Notes: generated by a model not told the origin, from the sequence alone. DNA of 62,388 nucleotides, filler included, from Coriobacteriales bacterium (GCA_031263105.1; 5 parts of 5 records of this genome joined end to end with filler, not necessarily neighbours in it), one strand, 5' to 3'. Positions 1 through 8,798 are shown, numbered from the whole stretch's first letter. Translations and numbers: made by a program.

Positions 1-45
1 GCGATCAGACATGCTGAGATGTACCAGGTCATACTTTGGTTTCAT
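1..45 (-). CDS. 5' end of a gene running off the window (MKPKYDLVHLSMSDR...)
   Basis: ATG at 45-43 with a GAGGAG RBS upstream; frame stays open to the window edge. Confidence 0.45.
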   Translation of the reverse strand, partial: MKPKYDLVHLSMSDR

Positions 46-99
46 TGATACCACTCCTCTCATTGTAGATGACAGGAGTGATTATATCATTGATTTTAG

Positions 100-2026
100 A
101 TGAATCAAACTACTAGGGACAAGAGCGGCATCGCTTGTGCTTGCGGCCCTGCTCCTGACAATCGGTTTTGGAAGCTGGGGGGACTCCCTTCTGTTCGCCC
201 TTGAGCCTTTGGACGCCGGAGACTTACGGTAACGGGCGGCACGCAAGGCGACGACTACAGCTACGCTTCCGATACCCTCACCATCTTGAGCTCCACCCCC
301 TTGAGCATATCCGGAGCCACCACAAAAGACACGATATTCATGGAGAACATCGATGCGAAGCTGACGCTTGAGAACCTCTCCGTCGATGTGTCGGGCACCG
401 TCAACGCCGCCGCGCTCGACGTGAAAGGCGGCTCGCTCACCCTCACGCTTGTGGGCACGAACACCTTGAAAAGCGGCAGTGGCCGCGCCGGACTCCAGCT
501 CAGAGAAGGAGCGAACCTCACCATAACGGCAGCCAGTGACGGGGCGGGACTTACGGCGACCGGTGGTGGAGGCCCCAACATCTCCGCCGCAGGCATCGGC
601 GGCGGTGCCTATAGCATCGCAGGCGCCGTCACCATTACCGGCGGCAGCGTCACGGCTGAAGGCAGGAACTCGAACTCCCAGGACATCGGCAACGGATACG
701 ACAACAGCCCCGCCGCCTCTGTCGTCATAGACGGCGGCTCGGTCTGGGCGACAAGCGGGAGGGCTGCCTACGGCAACGGGATCCTGCCCAGAAACAGCAA
801 TGGTGCCGCAATCTATGCCAACACGCTCACCGTGGGCTCTCCGGCGATGGCGGACAATGTGTCTGTGACCGTCGGCATCATAGATGGGATTCCTTGCTCT
901 GCCGTCGCCAACGCAACAGGCGGCGTCTACGGCATCAACGATGTGGTGACCACATCTGCCGGCAAGGTCTGCTTCTGGCTTCCCACAACGGGAGACGGCG
1001 GCACCAGCTTGGGCGGGGTCGGCCTTGTGGCGGGCGGAAAAGACCATGAGCTGAGCTACGCACGCCCAGGAGCGCGAACCGAGACGCTTGTAATACCAGC
1101 CATCAGCGAGGTCAAGCCTGACGGCTCAGCGGAGAATGTGGGCGGCGACGTCATCATCAGGTTCAACGTCTCCATGGACACCGACGTCATTGGCACGGTA
1201 GAGTTTCAACCGTGCTCAGGAGCTCCCATCCCGCTCGCTCCTGCGGCTGACCGTTGGAACGGCACCGGCACCATCTACACTGTCTCCTATAGCGGTCTTG
1301 ACTACGCCACCGCATACACGATAAGGATCAAAGGCTTTGAGTCAGCAGTCTTCAACAGCGAGCTTGACTCTGGCAACACGAGCTTTGCCACAGTACAGGA
1401 AAGCCACACGGCCTCGCCTGACCTCGCCTCCAAGGCCTTCGACACGGTGACCGCAGGATATGCAAGGCCGCCTGCCGCCCAGCGGTTCACCATCACCAAC
1501 ACGGGCACGGCTGCGCTCACCGGCGTGCGTGCGCGCCTGAGCGGCGGACGCTGCGGCCTTCACCGTCACGATGCCTTTATCGAGCAGCATAATCGCCTGC
1601 GGCGGGATCGCCACCATCAGCGTGCGGCCCGTCGCAGGCCTTGCAGCCCGCTCCACCCCCTACACCGCAACGCTGCACATAACCGGCGACAACGGCTTTG
1701 TGCTCGAGATCCCCCTTACCTTTGCCGTCAAGGCCAGCGGCTCCGACGAAGGGGGCAACGGCGACGGAGGCGGTGCCGAGGAAGGCGATGGGGGCAACGG
1801 CAACAACGGGGGCAACGGCAGCGGGGGCAACGGCGATACCAAGGGAGGCACTGGCGGCGGTAACGGCGGCAGCTCCGACTCCGGCAGCTCCGACTCCGGT
1901 GGCTCCGGCGCAGGCGCGCTCCCGAAAAGCGGCGACACCTCCTCACATATCCTCACAGTCACAGCTCTGGCACTCGCCGCTTTTGGCACAACCATCCTTG
2001 TCGCCCGCCGCCTTCGCAAAGCGTAG
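100..2026 (+). pseudogene. Frameshifted sortase-anchored surface protein (Gly/Thr-rich beta-helix region, Ig-like domains, LPKSG anchor)
   Basis: Signal-peptide-like text (KLLGTRAASLVLAALLLTIG) lies in frame 2 at 104-222; the body is ORF 286-1863 (frame 1); the C-terminus with G-rich linker, LPKSG, TM helix and RRLRKA tail is ORF 1571-2026 (frame 2). Frame switches near 102, 224 and 1545. Confidence 0.75.
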
Positions 2027-2050
2027 ACACGGAAGGCAGCGGGAATCGTA

Positions 2051-2128
2051 TTTCGGCTCATAGGATGTTAGTTTACGGCTCGCAACCTGTTATAATTGAG
2101 CCGTAAGCCTGTTGGGTATGAGCCGAAA
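2051..2128 (+). promoter_or_regulatory. Fic gene promoter (extended -10 TGtTATAAT, 2088-2096) inside nested inverted-repeat operator boxes
   Basis: TTTCGGCTCATA (2051-2062)/TATGAGCCGAAA (2117-2128) and TTACGGCTC (2073-2081)/GAGCCGTAA (2098-2106). Confidence 0.7.
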
Positions 2129-2138
2129 GGAATCGGAC

Positions 2139-3173
2139 ATGACAAATCGCGAAAACCGTATCCTCTCGTCAATCAAAAGCTCGGGTAAAGCAAAAATAGA
2201 TGAAATTGTTTCTGCGGCCGGAGGCGCAAGCCTTGCTACTGTTAAGCGCGACTTGGTGAAACTCGTTGCGGACGGCATGGTTACGGTGCATGGGCGGGGC
2301 AAGGCGACACGCTACGCGCTGACAGCCGCCTACAGACTTTTGGAGACAATCGATATCGACTCGTATTTCGAGAAAGAAATCGACGAAAGGGATGTCCAGG
2401 AAAGTTTCAACTGGGCGCTGATACGCGACATACTGCCACAGGCGTCCCTGTTCACGCCGACAGAGAAAGAGCGCCTCAAAGCGCTACAGCAGGTATTCGC
2501 GAGGCACGTTTCGGATTTGAGTGAAACAGCTTATCACAAGGAGTTGGAACGGCTCGCCATTGACCTCAGCTGGAAGTCGTCGCAAATAGAAGGCAATACG
2601 TATTCGCTACTTGAGACGGAGCGCCTTCTGAAGGAAAAACAGACAGCAGCCGGCAAGACGAAGGAGGAGGCAATCATGCTCCTCAACCACAAAGACGCAA
2701 TCGACTTCATCGTCGGGAACAGCGATTTCATAAGACTGCTGTCAGCATCCGCGATCGAGAGCATCCACAGCCTGCTCGTGAAAGACTTGGGCGTGGACAG
2801 AAACATCCGAACGCGGCGCGTCGGCATCTCCGGCACGAATTACCACCCTTTGGACAACGAGTTTCAGATAAAGGAAGCGCTCGAGCAAATGTGCGCACTT
2901 GTAAACGGCAACTCCGACGTGTTCGAGAAAGCGCTGATTGCATTGCTGCTGATTTCATACATCCAGCCTTTCATGGATGGAAACAAGCGCACGGCGCGGA
3001 TTGTGGGCAACGCTTTGCTGATGGACGGTGGCTGCCCGCCGATGTCGTTCCGCACGGTGGACTCAGTGGACTACAAGAAGGCGATGCTCATCTTCTATGA
3101 ACAGAACAGTGCCGCTCCCTTCAAGCACATCTTTATGGAGCAGTTTGAGTTTGCGGTGGACACATACTTTTGA
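2139..3173 (+). CDS. Fic family protein with N-terminal winged-helix HTH
   Basis: Fic-like motif QPFMDGNKRTAR; inhibitory-helix motif SSQIEGN; DeoR-like SLATVKRDL at the N-terminus; AAGGA RBS before ATG 2139. Confidence 0.9.
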   Translation: MTNRENRILSSIKSSGKAKIDEIVSAAGGASLATVKRDLVKLVADGMVTVHGRGKATRYALTAAYRLLETIDIDSYFEKEIDERDVQESFNWALIRDILPQASLFTPTEKERLKALQQVFARHVSDLSETAYHKELERLAIDLSWKSSQIEGNTYSLLETERLLKEKQTAAGKTKEEAIMLLNHKDAIDFIVGNSDFIRLLSASAIESIHSLLVKDLGVDRNIRTRRVGISGTNYHPLDNEFQIKEALEQMCALVNGNSDVFEKALIALLLISYIQPFMDGNKRTARIVGNALLMDGGCPPMSFRTVDSVDYKKAMLIFYEQNSAAPFKHIFMEQFEFAVDTYF

Positions 3174-3533
3174 CCGCAGGCAGCCCGCCCACGGCACAGA
3201 AGGGTAATCTCGTCGTCTTGTTCTTCAGCTTCATGAGCCTGGCAAGGTAGACGTCGCGCTTGCTTTCCATTGCTGCTCAGAAAAATGTCTACAATGTCGT
3301 CGATTTTCGTAATATAGCGCCGGTACCAAACCCTGTCATAACAGTCGGTTTCTGCGCCCTGTAACCGTCGGTTTTGGCAGTCTGTCGTCGTCGGTTTCTG
3401 CACCTGTGCCCTGCCAAGGGCAGAGCAGAACGGAACGGGACAGCAGCGGCAGGGCGGAACCGGGGCGGGGACAGGACAGAAACCCTGCCTGCCGTCCCCT
3501 CCCTACTCATATGCCGCCCTTACGGGCGCTACG

Positions 3534-6071
3534 CTACCGCGCCCTCTTCCAGTGCGCGTAGAGCGTGACCGCCTTCGTGACCCTCGTGGCGGAGTTCACC
3601 TTCGTGCCGCCGGACTTGGCGGTGTACCAGCCGAGGAAGGTGTAGCCGGTGCGCTTGGGGGTCGAGAGCTTGCCGAGCCTCGTGTTATAACTCTTCTTTA
3701 GGGAGGTTGCCGTCGCTTTCCCGACCTTGCCGCCGTTGGCGTTGAGCTTCACCGTGTACGTCTTGGCCTTCCAGTGGGCGTAGCAGGTGACGTTCCTCGT
3801 CACCGCCGTCCTGGCCGTGACCTTGGTGCCCTTGGCCTTGCCGGTGTACCAGCCGAGGAAGTCGTAGCCGGTGCGCACGGGCTTGGCGAGGGTGCCGACC
3901 GCCGCGCCCTTCTTCTTCACCACTGAGGCGGTCGCCGTCTTGCCCACCTTGCCGCCGTTGGCGTTCAGCGTCACGACGGGGCCGTTGGCCTTCCAGTGCG
4001 CATAGTAGGTAAGGTTCCTCGTGACCTTCGCGGTCGCCTTCGGCTGCATGCCGCCCGCCTTGCCCGTGAACCAGCCTTGGAAGGTGTAGCCGGTGCGCAC
4101 GGGCTTGGCCGCGAGCCTCCCGAGCGCCTGGCCGTAGGTCTTCTTGAAGGACGCCGCCTTGGCGGCGAGCCTCCCGCCGCTAGCGTCGAGCTTCACGGTG
4201 TAGGTGTTCGCCCTGTACTTCGCGGTGACGGTGAGGTCGGAGGTCACGCTGCCGAACGCCCTGTCCCAGCCCGTGAAGGTGTGTCCTGCGCGACCGGATG
4301 CCTTGGGCGCGGTCGCCGCCGTGCCGTGGGCGACGCCCTTCCGCTGCGCGAGCACTCTGCCGTCGAAGCCCTTGAAGGTGACGGTGTAGGTGTTGGCCCT
4401 CCACTGCGCGTAGTAGGTCACGCCGCCGGAGACGACGGTGGAGGCCGTTACCCGTGCGCCGCCGGAGGGAGCCGTGAACCAGCCGAGGAAGGCGTGGCCT
4501 GTGCGCACGGGCACGGACAGCGCGCCCACGGCGGAGCCCGCCGCCACGGCGCGGCCCGCGACCGTACTGCCGCCCCGGCTGTCGAAGGCCACAGCGCAGG
4601 GGGCGGGGGCGTCCTGCGGGAGGATCGAAGAGTCGCCGAAGCGGGCCACGAGCACGCGACGGGCGGCAGAGTCCGGGATGCGGTTGTAGGCGCAAGCGAG
4701 CCAGGAGAGCTTGGGGTTCGCTCCGGCGCTCACGTCAAGCGCCGTGAGCCTGTTGTTGGAGCAGGAAAGCCAGGCGAGCTGGGCGTTCTTGCTCACGTCC
4801 AACGCGGCAAGGAGGTTGCCTGCGCAGTTCAGGCGCTCCAGCTTTGCGTTCGCGCCCACGCTGAGCGAGGAGAGCCTGTTGCCGGAGCAGTCCAGCTCCT
4901 CCAGCGCGGCGCTCCCGCCCACATCGAGGGACTCGAGCAGGTTGTCCGAGCAGTCCAGCCTCACCAGCCCGGTGCTCTTGCTCACGTCGAGCTCCGTGAG
5001 GCCGTCGTAGAAGCAGGACAGGCTCCTCAGCGCGGCACCGCACGCCGACACGTCCAGCGAGGAGAGGTTCACGCCGTTCAGCTCGACGGAGACCACGGGC
5101 CGCCCGCCGAGCGTCGCGGGGACGGAGACGGCGCCGGACGCGCCCCTGTAGCCTGTGACGTAGGCCCCGTCCCCGTAGGCAGCGCCCGCCTCCCCTGCGG
5201 CCCGAACGCTGTAGAGGAGGCCTGCCTCAACCTGCCCCCAGAAAACTTCGCCCTCATGGTCACCATCCCATTCGCTATCCCAGCCGCTGGGCTTGGACGA
5301 TGCCTTGCAATAGATGGTGGCCGTGCAGTATTGAAACGCACCGAAAATGACCGAGGACACAGAGGAAGGGATGAAAATGGAGGAAAGGGAGCGACATCCG
5401 TTGAACGCCTCTTGCGCAATCCTGTTCACAGACGAAGGGATGCTGTAGTTCACTGCGGGGCTGCCCATTGGATACTGGAGAAGTTCCGTCTTGCCGTTAT
5501 CGAAGAGGGCGCCCTGACCGTCCGTCGAGTAATACGCATTGTCGTCGTCAACAACGATGGAGACGAGGGAGGTGCAGCCACCGAAGACAAAATCCCCAAT
5601 CCAGTACACGGACGAAGGGATGGTGACGGATTTGAGGGACGTGCAGGAGCGGAATGCCTCCGACTGAATCGATTGCACACCCACAGAAATGTCGACGGAG
5701 GAGAGAGAGCCGTAACCCGCGAACGCACGACCTCCGACAGAGGTCACGCCCCCAGTGATGACAACATGAGTTATCGCATCACCGTAGCTGCCCCAAGGGC
5801 GTGCAGCATAGTTGTACACCCCCATCGCACCGCTGCCGGTAATCGTGAGGGTGCCGTCCCCGTCGAGCGACCAGGTGACGCTCCCTTCGCTGCCATCCGC
5901 CCCGCAGTTGCCGCTGGCGATTACCTCCTGCGGAGCCACGCCAGCCGCCGCGTCGCCGCTATCTTCCCCTTCTGCCCCGTAGGCCGGGGCGAGGCCGCCG
6001 AGCGAGAGGGCGAGAACGGCCGCCAAGAGGACGGCGAGGGCCTTGCGGAAGGTCGTTCGTGTGTGTGCCAT
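3534..6071 (-). CDS. Secreted surface protein with BspA-type LRRs, internalin-like LRRs and about five InlB B-repeats
   Basis: Signal peptide RKALAVLLAAVLALSLGG; IPSSV..I...AF repeats; LDCSxNxLxxLDV repeats; RTGYTFLGWYT...YAHW repeats; GGGGAG RBS before ATG 6071. Confidence 0.9.
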   Translation of the reverse strand: MAHTRTTFRKALAVLLAAVLALSLGGLAPAYGAEGEDSGDAAAGVAPQEVIASGNCGADGSEGSVTWSLDGDGTLTITGSGAMGVYNYAARPWGSYGDAITHVVITGGVTSVGGRAFAGYGSLSSVDISVGVQSIQSEAFRSCTSLKSVTIPSSVYWIGDFVFGGCTSLVSIVVDDDNAYYSTDGQGALFDNGKTELLQYPMGSPAVNYSIPSSVNRIAQEAFNGCRSLSSIFIPSSVSSVIFGAFQYCTATIYCKASSKPSGWDSEWDGDHEGEVFWGQVEAGLLYSVRAAGEAGAAYGDGAYVTGYRGASGAVSVPATLGGRPVVSVELNGVNLSSLDVSACGAALRSLSCFYDGLTELDVSKSTGLVRLDCSDNLLESLDVGGSAALEELDCSGNRLSSLSVGANAKLERLNCAGNLLAALDVSKNAQLAWLSCSNNRLTALDVSAGANPKLSWLACAYNRIPDSAARRVLVARFGDSSILPQDAPAPCAVAFDSRGGSTVAGRAVAAGSAVGALSVPVRTGHAFLGWFTAPSGGARVTASTVVSGGVTYYAQWRANTYTVTFKGFDGRVLAQRKGVAHGTAATAPKASGRAGHTFTGWDRAFGSVTSDLTVTAKYRANTYTVKLDASGGRLAAKAASFKKTYGQALGRLAAKPVRTGYTFQGWFTGKAGGMQPKATAKVTRNLTYYAHWKANGPVVTLNANGGKVGKTATASVVKKKGAAVGTLAKPVRTGYDFLGWYTGKAKGTKVTARTAVTRNVTCYAHWKAKTYTVKLNANGGKVGKATATSLKKSYNTRLGKLSTPKRTGYTFLGWYTAKSGGTKVNSATRVTKAVTLYAHWKRAR

Positions 6072-6158
6072 GGCTGACTCCCCTTCTGTCTGAGCCCCCC
6101 TGACGGGGCTTCCCTGCGGGCACAGGGCGCTCCCTGGCCCCCCAAAAATCAAAACCCC

Positions 6159-6189
6159 ACAATACCCCCCCCCCCCCCCCTGCTGTCAA
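6159..6189 (-). promoter_or_regulatory. Candidate sigma70 promoter of the surface-protein gene with a G16 tract in the spacer
   Basis: Minus strand reads TTGACA-gca-G16-TATTGT (19-nt spacer). Confidence 0.55.
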
Positions 6190-6212
6190 GGGATAAAAGA
6201 AAAAGAATCGAC

Positions 6213-6240
6213 TTGACCATTTTCGACGTGATGATAAAAT
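6213..6240 (+). promoter_or_regulatory. Promoter for tRNA-Phe/rpmB
   Basis: TTGACC-16 nt-TAAAAT with extended -10 TGn. Confidence 0.55.
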
Positions 6241-6263
6241 TACAAGGCTGTGCTCTAAAGCGC

Positions 6264-6400
6264 CCCTGCGCACAGAGCGTGTGTGTAGGAAGGTTGACAA
6301 CAGTGGTCGGGTAGCTCAGTTGGGACCGAGCGCCCGGAAAACGCACCGCGTTTTCAGCGAGGTCGGGTGGGAGCCTGCGACCACCCACGGAAGAGCAGGG
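6264..6400 (+). repeat. Duplicate of the tRNA-Phe leader and 5' end, interrupted by a hairpin-rich insert
   Basis: TTGACAACAGTGGTCGGGTAGCTCAGTTGG is identical at 6294-6323 and 6434-6463; AGAGCAGGG resumes at 6392. Confidence 0.75.
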
Positions 6401-6444
6401 TTCCCTGCGCACGCAGCTTGTGCACAGGGGGGATTGACAACAGT

Positions 6445-6520
6445 GGTCGGGTAGCTCAGTTGGTAGAGCAGGGGACTGAAAATCCCCGTGCCGGCGGTTC
6501 AAGTCCGTCTCCGACCACCA
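6445..6520 (+). tRNA. tRNA-Phe (GAA)
   Basis: 76-nt cloverleaf: acceptor GGTCGGG/TCCGACC, anticodon loop CTGAAAA, T loop TTCAAGT, encoded CCA. Confidence 0.97.
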
Positions 6521-6613
6521 GGAATCTCTAGGGCTGGGACATCCCAGCCCTTGAACTGATACGGCAAGGATCTGACAAGCGTGAGTTTTGACGAGCACTA
6601 AGGAGAGTCAAAG

Positions 6614-6802
6614 ATGTCGAAGGTATGTGCAATCTGTGGCAAGCACCCCGTGGCGGGACGCAACGTCAGCCACTCGCACCGTGTGACCAACCGCGTGTAC
6701 CGCCCCAACGTGCAGAAGGTGACCATCAACCAAGACGGCCACGTGAAGCGCGCCAACGTCTGCACCAAATGCCTCAAGGCAGGCAAGGCCCTACGCGCTT
6801 AG
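6614..6802 (+). CDS. rpmB: 50S ribosomal protein L28
   Basis: [10 protein letters not shown]...GRNVSHSH...PNVQ...[14 protein letters not shown]. Confidence 0.97.
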   Translation: MSKVCAICGKHPVAGRNVSHSHRVTNRVYRPNVQKVTINQDGHVKRANVCTKCLKAGKALRA

Positions 6803-6965
6803 AAGTGCGGCGCAGCTTCGCTGCTGGCTATGCGACGCTCCGTTCGCTTGCGCTCACTGCGCTAGGGCGGCGTACCCGCCGCCCTGAACCACCCCGGCGC
6901 TTCGTGCCACCCCTCCGAGGGAGGGGAATTGGATGCCCTGTGAACAAACAATAACCCCACCCGCT

Positions 6966-7697
6966 TCAGCCCTCGAGCACGACCAAGGCCGTGCCCTGGT
7001 GGGCTTCGATATGCACATCCTCGCCAACCACAACATTAGAGACGCCCCGTGACCCGTTGAGGGGCAGACGTGCATGCTCGAGCTCCCATTCCACGCCGCT
7101 GATAGAGACCGTCACGTCCCCTCCCCAGGGGATGAGGGAGATAAAACGGGGAGGGGGCACGGCGGCGAAATCGAGGTGAAGCCGACAGCCTGTCTTCGCG
7201 CTCAAGAACACGCAGCACTCGTCCTCCTCGGCGATGACGACCCTCGTTCCTGCCTCGGCGGCGGCGGCAAGGCAGGCGAGCGCCGCGAGGCCATGGTCGA
7301 TGCGCCCGCCGAGCACCTTGGTCGCAACGACGGCAACAAAGCCACGCGACCTCAGCTCCTTGAGCGCAAGCTCGAAGTCGGTCGCATCCTTGTGGGCATC
7401 GAAGCTCATGACCTCGGCCCCTGCGGCCTCAAGCGCCGCGAGGGTGTCGCCCCCTATGGAGTCGAAGTCGCCGATCAGGAGCTGGGGCACAAGGCCTGCG
7501 GACCGCAGGTCCTCTCCCCCTGAATCGACGGCCACGACGAAGCCTGCCTCCTGCGCCAGCCCCAGGACAAGCCCGGGAGCGGCGCACCGAGGCGACCCGG
7601 CGACCACCAAGGCGCACTGCGCGTGCGGCACAAGGCCGACGAGCTGCCGCACCAAGGAAGCGCCGACTGCTGGCCCGTGCGCCAGATAGGGAGTCAT
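6966..7697 (-). CDS. thiN: Thiamine diphosphokinase
   Basis: AVDSG, IGDFDS, KDATD, GGRIDH and GVSN motifs; follows thiT. Confidence 0.92.
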   Translation of the reverse strand: MTPYLAHGPAVGASLVRQLVGLVPHAQCALVVAGSPRCAAPGLVLGLAQEAGFVVAVDSGGEDLRSAGLVPQLLIGDFDSIGGDTLAALEAAGAEVMSFDAHKDATDFELALKELRSRGFVAVVATKVLGGRIDHGLAALACLAAAAEAGTRVVIAEEDECCVFLSAKTGCRLHLDFAAVPPPRFISLIPWGGDVTVSISGVEWELEHARLPLNGSRGVSNVVVGEDVHIEAHQGTALVVLEG

Positions 7698-7718
7698 CTT
7701 ATTCCTCCCAAAGGATGC

Positions 7719-8381
7719 TCACGACGCAGATGCCGCTTCGAAGCGCCGCGCGGGCACCGCCTTGGCGAGCACGGGGATGACGATGAGGGCGCAGACGAGT
7801 GCGCCGGCAACCGAGGGGACGATATAGAGCAGGTTGTAGATAAGGGAGTATATCCAGACGTTCAGGCCGACGTCGGCAGGGCCGGCCTGCAGCATGCCGG
7901 GGTACTCCGCGAAGAAGTCGGCAGCGTACTCCGAGAAGAAGAAGACGCCGGAGACCACGTGGGAGACCAGCCGCAGGACGCCGCCGACCAGCACCGCAGC
8001 GACGACGGTGGCGGAACTGCCCGCGACGAAGCCGCCGGTCACGCGGCGTCCGTCGCGCTCCGCAGCCTTGCGGTAGATGCCCGAGAACAGCCCCGCACCG
8101 AGGCCGAAGAGCAGGTAGGGGGCGGGATAGTCGAGGATCACCTGCAACGGGAACAGGACGAACGGCTCAAGGAGCAAATCGATGCTGCCGAACAGCGCAC
8201 CCGCGACCGCCCCGGCCACCGGGCCGCGACGCAGCGCCACGACCGCGATGGGGAGCATGCACAGGTTGACGGAGCCGCCTGCGATGTTGAACGGCAGACG
8301 GATTTGGATGAAATTGAGCACGACGGCAAGTGCCACCGCCAGCGCCACCTCCACCAGAACCAGAACCCTCGTGTTGCGCAT
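7719..8381 (-). CDS. thiT: ECF transporter S component, thiamine-specific
   Basis: GGSVNLCMLPI, QVILDY, SHVVSGVFFFSEYA and WIYSLIYN motifs; RBS before ATG 8381. Confidence 0.92.
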   Translation of the reverse strand: MRNTRVLVLVEVALAVALAVVLNFIQIRLPFNIAGGSVNLCMLPIAVVALRRGPVAGAVAGALFGSIDLLLEPFVLFPLQVILDYPAPYLLFGLGAGLFSGIYRKAAERDGRRVTGGFVAGSSATVVAAVLVGGVLRLVSHVVSGVFFFSEYAADFFAEYPGMLQAGPADVGLNVWIYSLIYNLLYIVPSVAGALVCALIVIPVLAKAVPARRFEAASAS

Positions 8382-8446
8382 GGTCTTCCTTCCTTTTTGG
8401 GGAGAGCCACCACAGCCTGACGAGGTCGCGGAGCAAGTGGGGTGAG

Positions 8447-8540
8447 CACTTCCGCTTTGGCGCCCCGCATTACCGGAACGCTCCTCTCGGTCGCGAACGA
8501 ATCGCCTCTCAGCCATAAAGACAGCTCCCGATGGGATATG
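8447..8540 (-). ncRNA. TPP-like riboswitch (variant P4/P5 arm)
   Basis: Minus strand CGGGAGC...GCTGAGAGG...GACCG...CCGGTAATGCGG...GGAAGTG upstream of thiT; extended -10 TGcTATCAT at 8569-8577. Confidence 0.75.
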
Positions 8541-8698
8541 ACGCGCGCCTGCAGAACGCGCAGGGACAATGATAGCACAAGCCAGCGGAGCGGAGCGGAG
8601 CGAGCTGGGGGGGGGGGGGGGGGGGGGTAACCAACTGTTTAGTTAATTGGGTGAAACCCCCCCATTAATTGACAGGGCACCCCGGGTAGACATGGGAC

Positions 8699-8798
8699 NN
8701 NNNNNNNNNNNNNNNNNNNNNNNNNNNNNNNNNNNNNNNNNNTTAATTAATTAANNNNNNNNNNNNNNNNNNNNNNNNNNNNNNNNNNNNNNNNNNNN
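8699..8798. other. Artificial contig spacer
   Basis: 44 N + TTAATTAATTAA + 44 N. Confidence 0.99.

Noticed and set aside
3095..3403. 102-aa minus-strand ORF after the Fic gene
   Set aside because: No RBS or recognisable motif; it overlaps the Fic 3' end and the short repeats.
6805..6932. Hairpin cluster downstream of rpmB as an ncRNA
   Set aside because: Single copy in the window between converging genes; most simply a terminator or a REP-like remnant.
8607..8698. Poly-G/C runs near contig ends (8607, 31128, 31288)
   Set aside because: Adjacent to assembly breaks and low-quality-looking sequence; lengths are unreliable and no promoter context is visible.
8699..8798. TTAATTAATTAA flanked by N runs (also at 31154, 45033, 58766)
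   Set aside because: Artificial six-frame-stop linker joining contigs; adjacency across it carries no meaning.
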